DNA of 60,369 bases, the filler included. It is 5 parts of 5 records of this genome, joined end to end, with 100 filler letters (N's around TTAATTAATTAA, not from the genome) between each part and the next. Parts side by side here need not be neighbours in the genome. Positions count along the whole stretch, not along the records: positions 36,983 to 60,369 come from DRR723986_19330; 4 more parts are not named here. One strand, written 5' to 3'. Positions 49,872 to 60,369 of this stretch are shown one piece after another. Below the pieces are notes generated by a model. The model saw only the letters and a program-made list of their open reading frames with translations. It was not told the DNA's origin and did not search any database. The position numbers and the translations under genes were made by a program. How positions within the stretch are numbered: the first letter of the stretch is position 1; each line of letters opens with the position of its first letter.

Positions 49872-51488
49872 TTATTTTTTGACAAACTTATATTGAACTA
49901 TATGCTTACCATTATTTAGTCTTAGTACATAGTTCCCTTTACTTAAACTTGAAATATCAACGACCGATTCATATATGCCAGTTTCTATTGATCCAAACGT
50001 GTCAACCTGGCAAATTCTGCCTTCAGCATTGATGATTTCGTATCCAACTTCAGACAAATCCTGAACAACAAATGAGATCGTAATTGCTTTTTTAGCCGGA
50101 TTGGGATAGACGGACAAATTCTCGATATCATCTCCTAAAATAGAAACTTCCTCTATTCCAACAATAGATTTATTGATAAACACCTTGAAAATAGTGTTAC
50201 TCGCATGACTTTGAGTACCATCATTAACAAAGAAAATATTCTTGTCACTACTTTCTATACCACCATATATGTATCCGATCAAAGTTTTTTGATTGGGAAT
50301 CGCGTTGATATCAATCAGATGGTCATGGATTAAATAATCCCCTGAAGGAATAAATTCTGCTCCAGCTCCTAACAAAGCAGGCATTTCAAGATAGGTCAAG
50401 GCATCCTCTTGCATTGAACCTGTATTATATCTTGTCACCTTACTGACAGTTTTAACAAAAGGTACATTTGTGTCCTCTATCAAACTTCCATTCTCATAAT
50501 AAAATTGACTCATGCCCCCAAAAAATAATGTTTGTGTTGAAGCCGCGGCACTGTCGTAGATCGGAATTTTTGCTGAATGGTATTGACTCAAATACTGATT
50601 AAAGCTATTATTTACAGAATATCCCGTGTTTGCTGTTATATCCACAGTGTTGAGATAAGGCAAGTCATTAGGATCAAACACCCCAGAAAAGGCCGTAAAA
50701 CCTAACTCACCATTCGGAAAAATTTGATAAGCCATATTGTAGTCTCTTCTATGCAAATTCAATGAATCAAGAGTCTCTGAATAATCATAAATAGCCAAAT
50801 TTGTGCCGTCATCTGCAATTTTAAATTCGCGAATCGCATTAGTATAATGTTGCGTAAAACCTGGGCCATGGTTTGGTCCCATGGGATTATATGCCCCGTC
50901 AAATAATTGTCCCCCAACTAAATAAAAAGTCGAGTCCAATAAACCAATTTGACCTCCAGTAACCTTCAAATTTGCATCAAACAATTGTCTAAAGTATGGA
51001 GTTATATCTCCCCCGTTTATAATTGTGTTTGTTAAAGCATTAATTTCTATTGCTGTGACATATGGGTAAGTCACATGTTCATTGTTCGAATTACTAAACC
51101 CATAGCCTCCAAAAACATATAAAATTGAGTCTCTTTGATAAAACTCTTGATTCGTGGATTGGAGTTGCTCGTATACAGTTGTAGGAAGAACAGATAAATC
51201 AGCAGACCAAGATTGTTGGGACTGAGGATCAATCACAAATGCAAACTTGTTATTGTCTGCTTCTAAAAATGCAGCAAATGGCTGTCTTTGATGGAGGCCA
51301 TCTATTCTCCCCCCAATAACTAACCATCTTCCATTTTCATCTATTCCCACAGAATAAGAATGGATTCCTGGCGTATTTGGAATTATCATTTCTTCAATTT
51401 CAATTACATATTGTTCTGGAGTCAATTGCTGACCAAAGCTATTAGACAACAACAAAAAAGTAAGAATACTAAAGGTTATGAATTTCAT
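49872..51488 (-). CDS. T9SS-sorted protein with Kelch-like beta-propeller
   Basis: Signal peptide, repeated hhGG motifs (IGGR, FGGY, VGGQ, FGGM, YGGI), CTD VYPNPA. Confidence 0.72.
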   Translation of the reverse strand: MKFITFSILTFLLLSNSFGQQLTPEQYVIEIEEMIIPNTPGIHSYSVGIDENGRWLVIGGRIDGLHQRQPFAAFLEADNNKFAFVIDPQSQQSWSADLSVLPTTVYEQLQSTNQEFYQRDSILYVFGGYGFSNSNNEHVTYPYVTAIEINALTNTIINGGDITPYFRQLFDANLKVTGGQIGLLDSTFYLVGGQLFDGAYNPMGPNHGPGFTQHYTNAIREFKIADDGTNLAIYDYSETLDSLNLHRRDYNMAYQIFPNGELGFTAFSGVFDPNDLPYLNTVDITANTGYSVNNSFNQYLSQYHSAKIPIYDSAAASTQTLFFGGMSQFYYENGSLIEDTNVPFVKTVSKVTRYNTGSMQEDALTYLEMPALLGAGAEFIPSGDYLIHDHLIDINAIPNQKTLIGYIYGGIESSDKNIFFVNDGTQSHASNTIFKVFINKSIVGIEEVSILGDDIENLSVYPNPAKKAITISFVVQDLSEVGYEIINAEGRICQVDTFGSIETGIYESVVDISSLSKGNYVLRLNNGKHIVQYKFVKK

Positions 51489-51541
51489 ATTAGTTTTTTC
51501 TTAAATCTAATATGACTCTAAAAATAGTTTAGTGACTTATA

Positions 51542-52894
51542 TTACAAATAAACAAAATAGGCCACCACGAAATAGATGGTCAATCCAATGATGTCATTAG
51601 CTGTTGTGATAAAGGGACCGGTGGCTAAGGCGGGGTCGATTTTAATCCTATCTAAAATTAAAGGCACCAATGCACCAAGAATTGCTGCTAAAACAACCAC
51701 GAGAAATAGGCTTATAGAAATGGTGATCCCTAATTTCATGTCATCAATGAACGCATAACTGATTCCAAAAATCACAATTGAACAAATCAATCCAACCAAC
51801 ATTCCAACCAATGTCTCTTTCCCAACTTGCTTAAATAAACCTTGATATTTGTAATCTTTTGAAGCCAATCCTTGAACGATTATTGCTGAGGACTGAACCC
51901 CTACATTTCCTGCAGTTGCAACAATAAGTGGAATAAAAAAAGCCAATGCCGGATTCAAATCAATCTGGCCTTCATAGCCTTTAATAATTTGTGAGGCCGC
52001 TACACCACCCGCTAAACCAATTAAAATCCAAGGTAATCTTGATCTCGTATTCTTTAAAACGCCTGATGATGATTCAACGTTTTCAGAGATCCCCGAGGCC
52101 ATTTGAAAATCCTTCTCAGCTTCCTCCTTAATAACGTCTACAACATCATCAATGGTAATTCTACCAACTAATTTGTTTTGCCGATCTACAACTGGTATTG
52201 ATACCAAATCATATTTTTCCATGGCTGCAGCTACATCTTCTGAACTTTCATGAGTCTTGACATAATGAACGTTCTCCTTGATGTAAATGCTATCAATCAA
52301 TGTTTTTGGATCAGCAAACAACAAACTCTTTAAAGACAATATCCCCAATAAGACATCATCCTTATCCACTACATAAATCGAATAAACCCGATCAACTTCC
52401 TCAGCCTGTCTTCTAAGCTCAACTACACATCTATCTACGGCCCAATAAGTTTTAGCCGTGATAAACTCTTTGTGCATGAGCCCACCCGCAGTATCTTCAT
52501 CATACTTTAGTAGGTCGGTAATTTCTGAAGCGTGTTCAGGATCCTCTAATTGAGAAATAATTTCATCTTTCTCAGATTCTTCAAGTTCACCTAATAAATC
52601 CGCGGCATCATCCGTTTCAAGATTATCTACTTGACCAACAATTTCTTCAGTCGATAGTAATTTAATGAACCTTTCTCGATAGTCTTCATCAAATTCCATC
52701 AATACCTCTGCAGAAATTTCATCTTCGAGATAATCAAAAATATACTTTGACTCTTCTGGTTGAAGTGAACTCAATAGATCCGCTAAATCTGCTGGATGCA
52801 CATTTTCTAACTCTTCTAAAATGGCAACAGAATCCTCATTAGACACCATTAATTGAAGTCTTTCAAGAAATTCTTTTGTCAATTCAAGTTTCAT
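51542..52894 (-). CDS. mgtE: magnesium transporter MgtE
   Basis: HPADLA, TAGGLM, CBS pair GRITIDD, AGNVGVQS, DPALATGPFITT.ND. Confidence 0.96.
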   Translation of the reverse strand: MKLELTKEFLERLQLMVSNEDSVAILEELENVHPADLADLLSSLQPEESKYIFDYLEDEISAEVLMEFDEDYRERFIKLLSTEEIVGQVDNLETDDAADLLGELEESEKDEIISQLEDPEHASEITDLLKYDEDTAGGLMHKEFITAKTYWAVDRCVVELRRQAEEVDRVYSIYVVDKDDVLLGILSLKSLLFADPKTLIDSIYIKENVHYVKTHESSEDVAAAMEKYDLVSIPVVDRQNKLVGRITIDDVVDVIKEEAEKDFQMASGISENVESSSGVLKNTRSRLPWILIGLAGGVAASQIIKGYEGQIDLNPALAFFIPLIVATAGNVGVQSSAIIVQGLASKDYKYQGLFKQVGKETLVGMLVGLICSIVIFGISYAFIDDMKLGITISISLFLVVVLAAILGALVPLILDRIKIDPALATGPFITTANDIIGLTIYFVVAYFVYL

Positions 52895-53049
52895 CAGAGT
52901 TGTTTTTTGCTATGATTGCCGTGTATCGTGCTGCAAAGATACATCCTTTTTACTAAATGAATCTTACGATAAAATCATGATTTTGTTAGGATTTTCAACT
53001 ATTTATGAGCCGATTCAATTTTTTCGTAACTTTTCAAAAATATTTGAGC

Positions 53050-54483
53050 ATGAGGAAATCTCTTTTTACATCTTTATTATTAATGTTGAGTGCTACAATT
53101 TATGGCCAAACAACTTGGCAAGTTTGTGTTGCCGAACCAGATGCTGGAACATGTGGTTTAGGTCAAGTCGGGGTTTTTACGCCAGGAAATTTAGTTATTC
53201 AGCAAGGAGATATGATTCAATTTACAACGCACATGGTAGCGCTAACCGGTTATCCAGGCACGAGTCACGATATTCAGTTCACTGGTTCTCCAGCTAATAA
53301 TGTGACGCTTCCCGTATCTTCAAATATTTTAAGTCAAGTAACAACAGTTACCACACCTCCTTTTAATACACCAGGTATCTTCCCTATGGAATGTGTTGAC
53401 GGTAACCATTGTTTAATAGCGGATTTGTTGAGTGGATATTTGTGTGGAGGATATACTGTTGAAGTACAGTCTTCATGTACCCTAACGGCTGACTTCACTA
53501 CAACTTCACTCGATTATTGCACAGGAGATGTGATTAACTTTACCAACACTTCATCTGGTGCAACTTCCTACACTTGGAAACTGGATGAATTCGTTTTCTC
53601 AACTTCTACAGATGCTGTCCTGAGTTTTGGAGGGCCCGGTTCTCATGACATAGAATTAATAGCGGATGATGGCGCCGGATGTCTTGACTCAACTACTATT
53701 ACTATTAATATTGATCAAGCAGTAGATGCTGGTGCAGATGATGATGCAATTTTTTGCAATGTCAATGACTCTATTGATTTGAACTCCTTAGTCACTGGTT
53801 CTTCTGGAGGAACTTGGTTTGAAGCATCTTCATCCGGTCAATTCAATTCATCAACCGGTGTTTTTAATTATTCAGGATTAAGCCCAAATACCTATTCTTT
53901 TAATTATTTCTTAACCGGCACGGGAGCTTGTCCAAATGATACAGCAAATTTCTTAATCACCGTTAATCAAGAACCAGATCTAAACTTAATGTTAGGAAGC
54001 ACAACAATTGCCATGTCAGATTCTCTGTACATCAACTTTACTACTTCCGGAATTTTAGGTACTGCATCTTTTCTCTGGAATTTTTGTGATGGAAATTTAG
54101 CAACAGATATGTCTCCTTTTTATTATCAATGGAATACTGCTGGAAATCAATGTGTTTGCGTACAAGTAAACAATGGCAATAACTGCGTAGAGACCTTTTG
54201 TGATTCAACAATCTTTATTATTGACGATTTAGGAATTAATACAGATGAATTTGTATTCGATATTTTTCCTAACCCGGCAGACGAACAACTGAACATCAAA
54301 TTTACTTCTCCACAAACAGCTACACTAAACATCTGGGATGCTGCCAACAGATTAGTTAAAAACATTTCAATTCAGGATAAAACACTCATTGAGCTAGATG
54401 TAGCTTCTCTTCCTCAAGGGATTTATTGGTTTCAATTCATCAAAGATGAAAACACATCAATAAGGAGAGTAATTATTCGGTAA
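53050..54483 (+). CDS. T9SS-sorted protein with cupredoxin-like N-domain and PKD-like domains
   Basis: Start MRKSLF; FTP..L.IQQGD..HDI..FNTPG...C....H; PKD FTNTSSGATSYTW; CTD IFPNPA. Confidence 0.72.
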   Translation: MRKSLFTSLLLMLSATIYGQTTWQVCVAEPDAGTCGLGQVGVFTPGNLVIQQGDMIQFTTHMVALTGYPGTSHDIQFTGSPANNVTLPVSSNILSQVTTVTTPPFNTPGIFPMECVDGNHCLIADLLSGYLCGGYTVEVQSSCTLTADFTTTSLDYCTGDVINFTNTSSGATSYTWKLDEFVFSTSTDAVLSFGGPGSHDIELIADDGAGCLDSTTITINIDQAVDAGADDDAIFCNVNDSIDLNSLVTGSSGGTWFEASSSGQFNSSTGVFNYSGLSPNTYSFNYFLTGTGACPNDTANFLITVNQEPDLNLMLGSTTIAMSDSLYINFTTSGILGTASFLWNFCDGNLATDMSPFYYQWNTAGNQCVCVQVNNGNNCVETFCDSTIFIIDDLGINTDEFVFDIFPNPADEQLNIKFTSPQTATLNIWDAANRLVKNISIQDKTLIELDVASLPQGIYWFQFIKDENTSIRRVIIR

Positions 54484-57400
54484 TATTAAGTTCAAACAAC
54501 TGCACTCTTCCGTTATTATTCCCAACCAGGAACCCAAGTCGTTGATCTTTACCTAAAATGATCTGCGAAATTGACTTAGCGTTATATGGAGCATAAAAAC
54601 CCGATAGATGTGGAGGCATGTAATCAAACCCACCCTGTTTATTCTGGATAAAAACCGTTCCGCAACCTGCATCACTCCTAGTTGTTTCTACTTCAGTATT
54701 ATATCGATTTCCAACACCAATAATATCTAACAGTCCATCATTGTTAAGGTCTACAATTTCAACATCATTCAAACATGAAATTTGTCCTTCAATTGAAAAA
54801 GGTGAAAATTCAAAATTCCCTTTACCATCATTATAAAGAATACCGCTTCTAAATTCAGAAGCAATTAAATGTAAAGATTCATTCAGCGCCTTTACGCCAT
54901 AAATTTTTTCTAAATCAGAACTGGCATATTCTAAGAAAGTTGGGAACTTCTCTGCGATAAATGGCATTTGCCCACTCGAACACTCTCTTCCCCTCACCGG
55001 TAATTTATACCCCGCTTTATCATAGGCCAATACTTGATCTAAAGAACCGTTCTTGTCAAAATCATTAGCATATATTTCTAGAAGCTTTTTTCTCGTAGGC
55101 GCATATTTATTATTTAACCCTGCATTTCCCACAACAAAATCAATATCTCCATCACTATCAATGTCTGCCGCTTGAATACAATTCCACCAGCCTGGTAAAT
55201 CATTTCTATCTGATCTTCTAGTAAAAATTCCATTGACATTTTCAAATAATTCAATATTCATCCATTCACCAACTAGAAGTAAATCTTTGTCCCCATCTCC
55301 ATCCACATCACTGAAAACCGCATCATTTACAATTCCAATTGTCGATAATCCTGGTGCAAGTAATTCAGTTCTATTTTTAAAAAATCCTTTCTCATTTATC
55401 AAAATGGAAGTTTTATCTGGATAGGGATATTTACCCGGAACTGACTGACCACAAATTAAAAAATCTAAGTCTCCATCAGCATCAATATCTTGGGGTACGA
55501 TATTTCCTGAATTAAATCGATCATTTGGCATTGCATTTTTAACTAATCCAAACATCCCTATTCCATTTCCTACATAGATTCTGTTTTCTAAAGTGCTATC
55601 TCCTGTTGGAAATTGAGTACCTCCTGAACTTATAATTAAATCTTTCTTTTGATCTGAATTCACGTCAAAACAATAAACATCACCATCTTCGGTTAATTGG
55701 TGATTAAAAAATGCGTCTGAGTGTTTCTTAATAAATACGCCATTTCCTTTTTGCAGATAAACTTCTGGAATTCTTCTAGAGCAAGAACTCATAATAAAAT
55801 CTTCCAAGCCGTTATTGTCAATGTCGCATACATTAATTCTAGGTCCTGAAGTAGATAATTGATGAGGCAACAAAGAAGACGTTTCAAAGTCATTATACTT
55901 ATTTTCGAAATAGGTAACGTCTAATTTATAAGCACCACTCACTTCGTTAAAGAGTTTCACATGAACGTTTTCTTTAAATTCTGTTTGATTAAAGCCTTTA
56001 AAATCAGATGTCAAAGTTAATTTTGAGTTGGGATTACTCATCTCATAAATTCTACCATTCATTAGTTCTATTATTACACGATCAAAACGATCTTCACTCT
56101 TAGAATAAAAAGCCATTTTTTTCTCAACGGTTGAACAATACCCCCTTACAAAATAGGCTTCCTTCGTTTGAACTTGGTCTTGGTTAAAAACTTTTATTCT
56201 TGCGCCCGATATAACGGCTTGTGGAATTTCTGAAAGATCAATTATCAATGAATTTTCAGTAGTTAGTTTATTCTCGTATATGGAGGCAAGCGTATCCACA
56301 TTATTAAGGATTAAGTCCAAATCACCATCTAAATCCAAATCAGCATATGCCGCTCCATTCGAGTTTAACTGTTCATCTACGCCCCAATCTATGCGCTGGT
56401 CACTAAAAGTTAAATCACCATTATTCTTAAAAAAGAAATTCTCAATCTTCACAGACGGAATCAATTCTAAAAATTCCGTGACGCTTAAGCTCCCTTGCTT
56501 TTCTTTAGCAGCCGATAACAAATATGGAATATCGTTATTCTTCGTATCTCTTTTATATCCGTTAGTAACAAATAAATCAAGATATCCATCCATATCAATA
56601 TCAACGAATAAAGGTGCCCAACTCCAATCTGTCTTTGCAACGCCAGCCAATTGTGAGATTTCTTGAAAGGAGCCCATACCAGAGTTCAGATGGAGCATAT
56701 TATGCATATACTGTGCCCCCCATCCCAATGACATTCGGGCAGCAAACTTTTCGGGATTCATGGAAGCCATGTTTGTTTTTGAACGTTCATGATCTTCAAA
56801 AGCCATATCAACACTTATATAGTCAAGAAAACCGTCATTATTGAAATCTCCAACATCATTGCCCATAGAATAGTTAGATGTGTGTTTAAAATATCCCAAT
56901 GCTTCATCTTTAAAAGTATTATTCTGCTGATTCACAAATAAGTGATCCGGTTCATCAAAATCGTTACAAACCAAAATATCAGGATAATGGTCTCCATTAA
57001 TATCGGTTATCGCTAATCCCAGTCCATAACCATATTCAAAAATGCCACTCGATTTGGTAATGTCGATAAACTTCCCTCCAACATTTTCAAGAATTAAATC
57101 ACTTTCAACTTCTCCGTTTTGAATTTTTGTCAACACTTCTTGGAAGTTTTCTTTATGCTTAAATCCTCCTGGATGGCCCATTACGTATAAGTCAAGGTCT
57201 CCATCCAAATCAAAGTCTAATGGTGCTGCTTGCGTGTGATGACCTGAAAGGTCTAATCCATATTCTTTGGCCTTTTCTGTAAAAGTCCCATCTTGTTGAT
57301 TTACATACAGGACATTCTTTAATTTAGAATCATCTGGACCACTTCTACAAACATAAATATCATCAAAACCATCAGCGTTAACATCAAACACACAAACTCC

Positions 57401-57724
57401 AGTACTCCATCCATTTTTGACTATGCCTACCTTTTCAGTTACATCATCAAACTTGAGATTGCCTTTATTCATAAATAATGCATCATCAACCATGTTGCCA
57501 CAAAAAAAGATGTCAGGTAATCCATCTTTATTGAAGTCACCTATTCCCACGCCAGCTCCATTGTATAAATAATCATACACAGTGATATTAACGTCTTCTG
57601 TTTCAATAATCTGGTTATTGAATTTAATCGCAGAATTGGCTGATGGCACAGAAAGAAACACCGTTTGTTGCCCAATCAAAACATGATAACAACTAATTAA
57701 TATGATTAAAACAACTAACTTCAT
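54473..57724 (-). CDS. FG-GAP/VCBS repeat protein with ASPIC/UnbV-like region (CRTAC1-like)
   Basis: YNGAGVGIGDFNKDGLPD, many D.D.DGD.D Ca-binding repeats, TDWSW, SNGAAYADLDLDGDLD. Confidence 0.88.
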   Translation of the reverse strand: MKLVVLIILISCYHVLIGQQTVFLSVPSANSAIKFNNQIIETEDVNITVYDYLYNGAGVGIGDFNKDGLPDIFFCGNMVDDALFMNKGNLKFDDVTEKVGIVKNGWSTGVCVFDVNADGFDDIYVCRSGPDDSKLKNVLYVNQQDGTFTEKAKEYGLDLSGHHTQAAPLDFDLDGDLDLYVMGHPGGFKHKENFQEVLTKIQNGEVESDLILENVGGKFIDITKSSGIFEYGYGLGLAITDINGDHYPDILVCNDFDEPDHLFVNQQNNTFKDEALGYFKHTSNYSMGNDVGDFNNDGFLDYISVDMAFEDHERSKTNMASMNPEKFAARMSLGWGAQYMHNMLHLNSGMGSFQEISQLAGVAKTDWSWAPLFVDIDMDGYLDLFVTNGYKRDTKNNDIPYLLSAAKEKQGSLSVTEFLELIPSVKIENFFFKNNGDLTFSDQRIDWGVDEQLNSNGAAYADLDLDGDLDLILNNVDTLASIYENKLTTENSLIIDLSEIPQAVISGARIKVFNQDQVQTKEAYFVRGYCSTVEKKMAFYSKSEDRFDRVIIELMNGRIYEMSNPNSKLTLTSDFKGFNQTEFKENVHVKLFNEVSGAYKLDVTYFENKYNDFETSSLLPHQLSTSGPRINVCDIDNNGLEDFIMSSCSRRIPEVYLQKGNGVFIKKHSDAFFNHQLTEDGDVYCFDVNSDQKKDLIISSGGTQFPTGDSTLENRIYVGNGIGMFGLVKNAMPNDRFNSGNIVPQDIDADGDLDFLICGQSVPGKYPYPDKTSILINEKGFFKNRTELLAPGLSTIGIVNDAVFSDVDGDGDKDLLLVGEWMNIELFENVNGIFTRRSDRNDLPGWWNCIQAADIDSDGDIDFVVGNAGLNNKYAPTRKKLLEIYANDFDKNGSLDQVLAYDKAGYKLPVRGRECSSGQMPFIAEKFPTFLEYASSDLEKIYGVKALNESLHLIASEFRSGILYNDGKGNFEFSPFSIEGQISCLNDVEIVDLNNDGLLDIIGVGNRYNTEVETTRSDAGCGTVFIQNKQGGFDYMPPHLSGFYAPYNAKSISQIILGKDQRLGFLVGNNNGRVQLFELNITE

Positions 57725-57778
57725 TTTGTTTTCGCCCTTTTAAGTGAAGATACTATTTTTGACTTAGATTTAAATTCA

Positions 57779-59023
57779 ATGCAACCATTTCGTCCCATAT
57801 TATCAAATGTATCTTGGAAAGATTTTATCTCAAAAATCAATCCGAAAATCTTCGCCTATTTGATTAAGGATGAAAAAAACTTTCTACTCGCATGGGATAG
57901 CGAAGACTTCTTGGTTCAGACAAAATTTATTCCTAAAAATTATTTCGAGTTTGTAAACAGCAGACCAAAAGAATATACTCTCGGTTTTATGGCGTTTGAT
58001 GCCAAAAACGAATTTGAAAAACAACTAAAATCAACTAATTCAGATGATTTAGAATTTCCCGAATTATTTTGGTTCCTTCCCAAAAACATTTTAATTTCTT
58101 TAGATGGGAATATAACTTATTCAGGACTACTCACTGATGATGATATCCGTAAAATCATAGAATCGGAAAAATCTATAATCCCTAATAAATTCTCAAAGTT
58201 TAACCTTAAGGCCCAAACTTCAAAAGAAGAATATTACAATAGATTTAAGCTAATACAAGATAAACTACGAAGAGGTGATATCTATGAAATAAATTATTGT
58301 ACCTCATATCAAAGTGACAACACAGTCATTAACCCAATACAGACATTTCTTGAATTAAATAAAAACACCGAAGCTCCGTTTTCGAGCTTTATTAAATACA
58401 ACGAATTTCACGTAATTTGTGGTTCTCCTGAGCGTTTTCTTAAACTTCAAGGTGACAAAATTTTGTCCCAACCCATAAAAGGGACCGCTAAAAGGGAAAA
58501 GAACCTCAAAAAAGACAAACTAATCGCAGACCAATTGTTGTCAGATAAAAAAGAACTTGCTGAAAATATCATGATCGTAGATTTAGTGAGAAATGATCTT
58601 TCAAAAATTGCCGATAAAAATTCAGTTAATGTGGATGAGTTAAATGATTTATATTCTTTTAAATCTGTACATCAATTAATCTCAACAGTTTCCTGCAAAT
58701 TAAAGACTGGAATTACTTATGAACAGATTTTGAAGGCTCTTTTCCCAATGGGATCAATGACCGGAGCACCAAAAATAAGCGCATTAGAATTAATCGAAGA
58801 TCTCGAACAGTTTAAAAGAAGCGTCTATTCTGGCACTATCGGTATTATTGAACCGAATGGAAATTTTGACTTTAATGTTGTAATTAGATCCATATTATAC
58901 AATAATGAATTAGCGAAGTTGTCAATTTCAGTTGGAGGGGCAATTACCACGCTGTCTAAATGCCAAGATGAATACGAAGAATGTTTAATTAAATTAGAAG
59001 CTACTCAAAAATCTTTATGTTAG
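57779..59023 (+). CDS. pabB: aminodeoxychorismate synthase component I
   Basis: GDIYEIN, SPERF, PIKGT, AENIMIVDLVRNDL, FPMGSMTGAPK. Confidence 0.9.
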   Translation: MQPFRPILSNVSWKDFISKINPKIFAYLIKDEKNFLLAWDSEDFLVQTKFIPKNYFEFVNSRPKEYTLGFMAFDAKNEFEKQLKSTNSDDLEFPELFWFLPKNILISLDGNITYSGLLTDDDIRKIIESEKSIIPNKFSKFNLKAQTSKEEYYNRFKLIQDKLRRGDIYEINYCTSYQSDNTVINPIQTFLELNKNTEAPFSSFIKYNEFHVICGSPERFLKLQGDKILSQPIKGTAKREKNLKKDKLIADQLLSDKKELAENIMIVDLVRNDLSKIADKNSVNVDELNDLYSFKSVHQLISTVSCKLKTGITYEQILKALFPMGSMTGAPKISALELIEDLEQFKRSVYSGTIGIIEPNGNFDFNVVIRSILYNNELAKLSISVGGAITTLSKCQDEYEECLIKLEATQKSLC

Positions 59024-60318
59024 AAAAATTTAGACATATTATTTATCAGGATTTCCCTGATTTCAATGACAGACAAATCTTTGTAGCGATAAGCGGTGGC
59101 AAAGATTCTATTTGCCTTTCTAAATTACTTATCGACTTAAGGATTTCACATACACTTCTTCACTGTAATTTTCAATTAAGAGGAAATGAGTCCGAAATGG
59201 ACGAAAAGTTTCTTATTGATTATGCTGAACTGAATAATTTAGCGCTTAAAGTTAAAAGTTTTGATACTAAACTCGAAGCGAAAAAAGCCAACACCAACAC
59301 TCAACTCACAGCTAGAAATCTCCGCTATGAATGGTTTAAAGAATTTTGTAAGGAAAATTCGCTAATACTAACAGCTCACCACCAAGATGACAGCATTGAA
59401 ACTTTCTTTATTAATCTACTTAGAGGAACAGGACTTAAAGGTGCAACTGGAATCCCCAAAATCCATAACAATTTTTACAGGCCACTTCTCGATTTTGAAC
59501 AAGAAGAAATAGAAAATTATCTTTGTCAGACCAGAACAGAATTCAGAAATGATTCATCTAACAAGGAATTAAAATATCGTCGAAACAAAATTAGACACCA
59601 ATTAATTCCTCAACTTGAATTATTAGAACCTGATGTTAAAAAGAAAATAAATTCATTCTTAGAAGAAAACAAAGAAATTCAGAATTATATTGATAAGAAA
59701 ACTAGTGAAGTTTTTATTCCTAATATTGTTGAACTTGACAATTACATTCAAATCCCATTATCAATAATTGAACAAACTGATGACGTTTTAACAAAATCTT
59801 TCTTTACTAATTTCAATGTCAACAGAGCAAAATTCAATGAATTTCGCTCGTTTCTATCTTCTAATACGGGTGCGAAATTTCAAACCAATTCTCATCAGTT
59901 TATAGTTGATAGAGGTACTCTTTTAATCCAGGAATCATCATTAGAGTTAAACTATAACGAATTTCTAATCTCATCTCTTCCTTGGGTTTCAAACAATTCT
60001 GTTAAACTAGAAATTATCTCTGCGATAAATTTAGATTTAAACTCAGCCAAAGTCGATTTCTTAGACTTTGACAAACTGAGCCTGCCATTAAAATTACGCC
60101 CTTGGAAAAAAGGTGATAAAATTCGTCCGTTGGGCATGATCAATTACAAACTTGTTTCAGATATTTTAATTAACAAGAAAGTTAATCTATTTGATAAAAA
60201 TCAAACTCTGGTTCTAGAAAACTCTGATTCGGAAATTATTTCGATTATTGGCAGATGCATTTCAGAAAAGCACAAAATTCAGAGACAAACTGAATCAGTA
60301 TTAAAGATTCAATATTAA
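59017..60318 (+). CDS. tilS: tRNA(Ile)-lysidine synthetase
   Basis: AISGGKDS, ARNLRY, TAHHQDD, RPLL, DSSN, RNKIRH. Confidence 0.95.
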   Translation: MLEKFRHIIYQDFPDFNDRQIFVAISGGKDSICLSKLLIDLRISHTLLHCNFQLRGNESEMDEKFLIDYAELNNLALKVKSFDTKLEAKKANTNTQLTARNLRYEWFKEFCKENSLILTAHHQDDSIETFFINLLRGTGLKGATGIPKIHNNFYRPLLDFEQEEIENYLCQTRTEFRNDSSNKELKYRRNKIRHQLIPQLELLEPDVKKKINSFLEENKEIQNYIDKKTSEVFIPNIVELDNYIQIPLSIIEQTDDVLTKSFFTNFNVNRAKFNEFRSFLSSNTGAKFQTNSHQFIVDRGTLLIQESSLELNYNEFLISSLPWVSNNSVKLEIISAINLDLNSAKVDFLDFDKLSLPLKLRPWKKGDKIRPLGMINYKLVSDILINKKVNLFDKNQTLVLENSDSEIISIIGRCISEKHKIQRQTESVLKIQY

Positions 60319-60369
60319 TCAATACTTACGACAAAATTCAGTGCAAAAAAATACCCCTATTACATTTGT

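Noticed and set aside
51495..51530. Second copy of the putative iron box upstream of the Kelch-like gene
   Set aside because: Several mismatches in very AT-rich sequence; not distinguishable from chance

Overview
This window is not one replicon. It is five unrelated contigs joined by an artificial N44-TTAATTAATTAA-N44 linker. (1) 1-17350 is an AT-rich Bacteroidota (Flavobacteriales-like) contig: M61 peptidase, RidA, PabA/TrpG, a structured ncRNA that looks like a 6S-Flavo RNA with extra flanking domains, a lytic transglycosylase, a metallophosphoesterase, a five-gene surface-polysaccharide operon, an MFS-ROK-GH92 sugar module and a truncated DUF4856-like lipoprotein. (2) 17451-23365 is a GC-rich alphaproteobacterial (Roseibium/Labrenzia-like) contig: a translationally coupled AAA ATPase / uncharacterised protein / DUF1523 operon, an inverted REP-like pair and the start of a polyol (smo/mtl) uptake locus. 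(3) 23466-30653 and (4) 30754-36882 are Marinobacter-like contigs: livGMHJ, a TPR protein, an EctR/CosR-like MarR and lon; then mucD-rseCBA-rpoE, nadB and sdhE-ygfX-ygfZ. (5) 36983-60369 is a second Bacteroidota contig: adk-obgE-bio genes interleaved with accessory ORFs, clpB, T9SS cargo proteins, mgtE, an FG-GAP/ASPIC protein, pabB and tilS. Most content is housekeeping. The best leads are the uncharacterised AAA operon with a DD Walker B, the extended 6S-like RNA, three 31-bp-phased sites plus a -24/-12-like element before clpB, an unannotated 56-aa lipoprotein, a probable CTG start codon, and a secreted cupredoxin-like domain lacking the axial Met. Family and taxon names come from motif recognition only; no searches were run.
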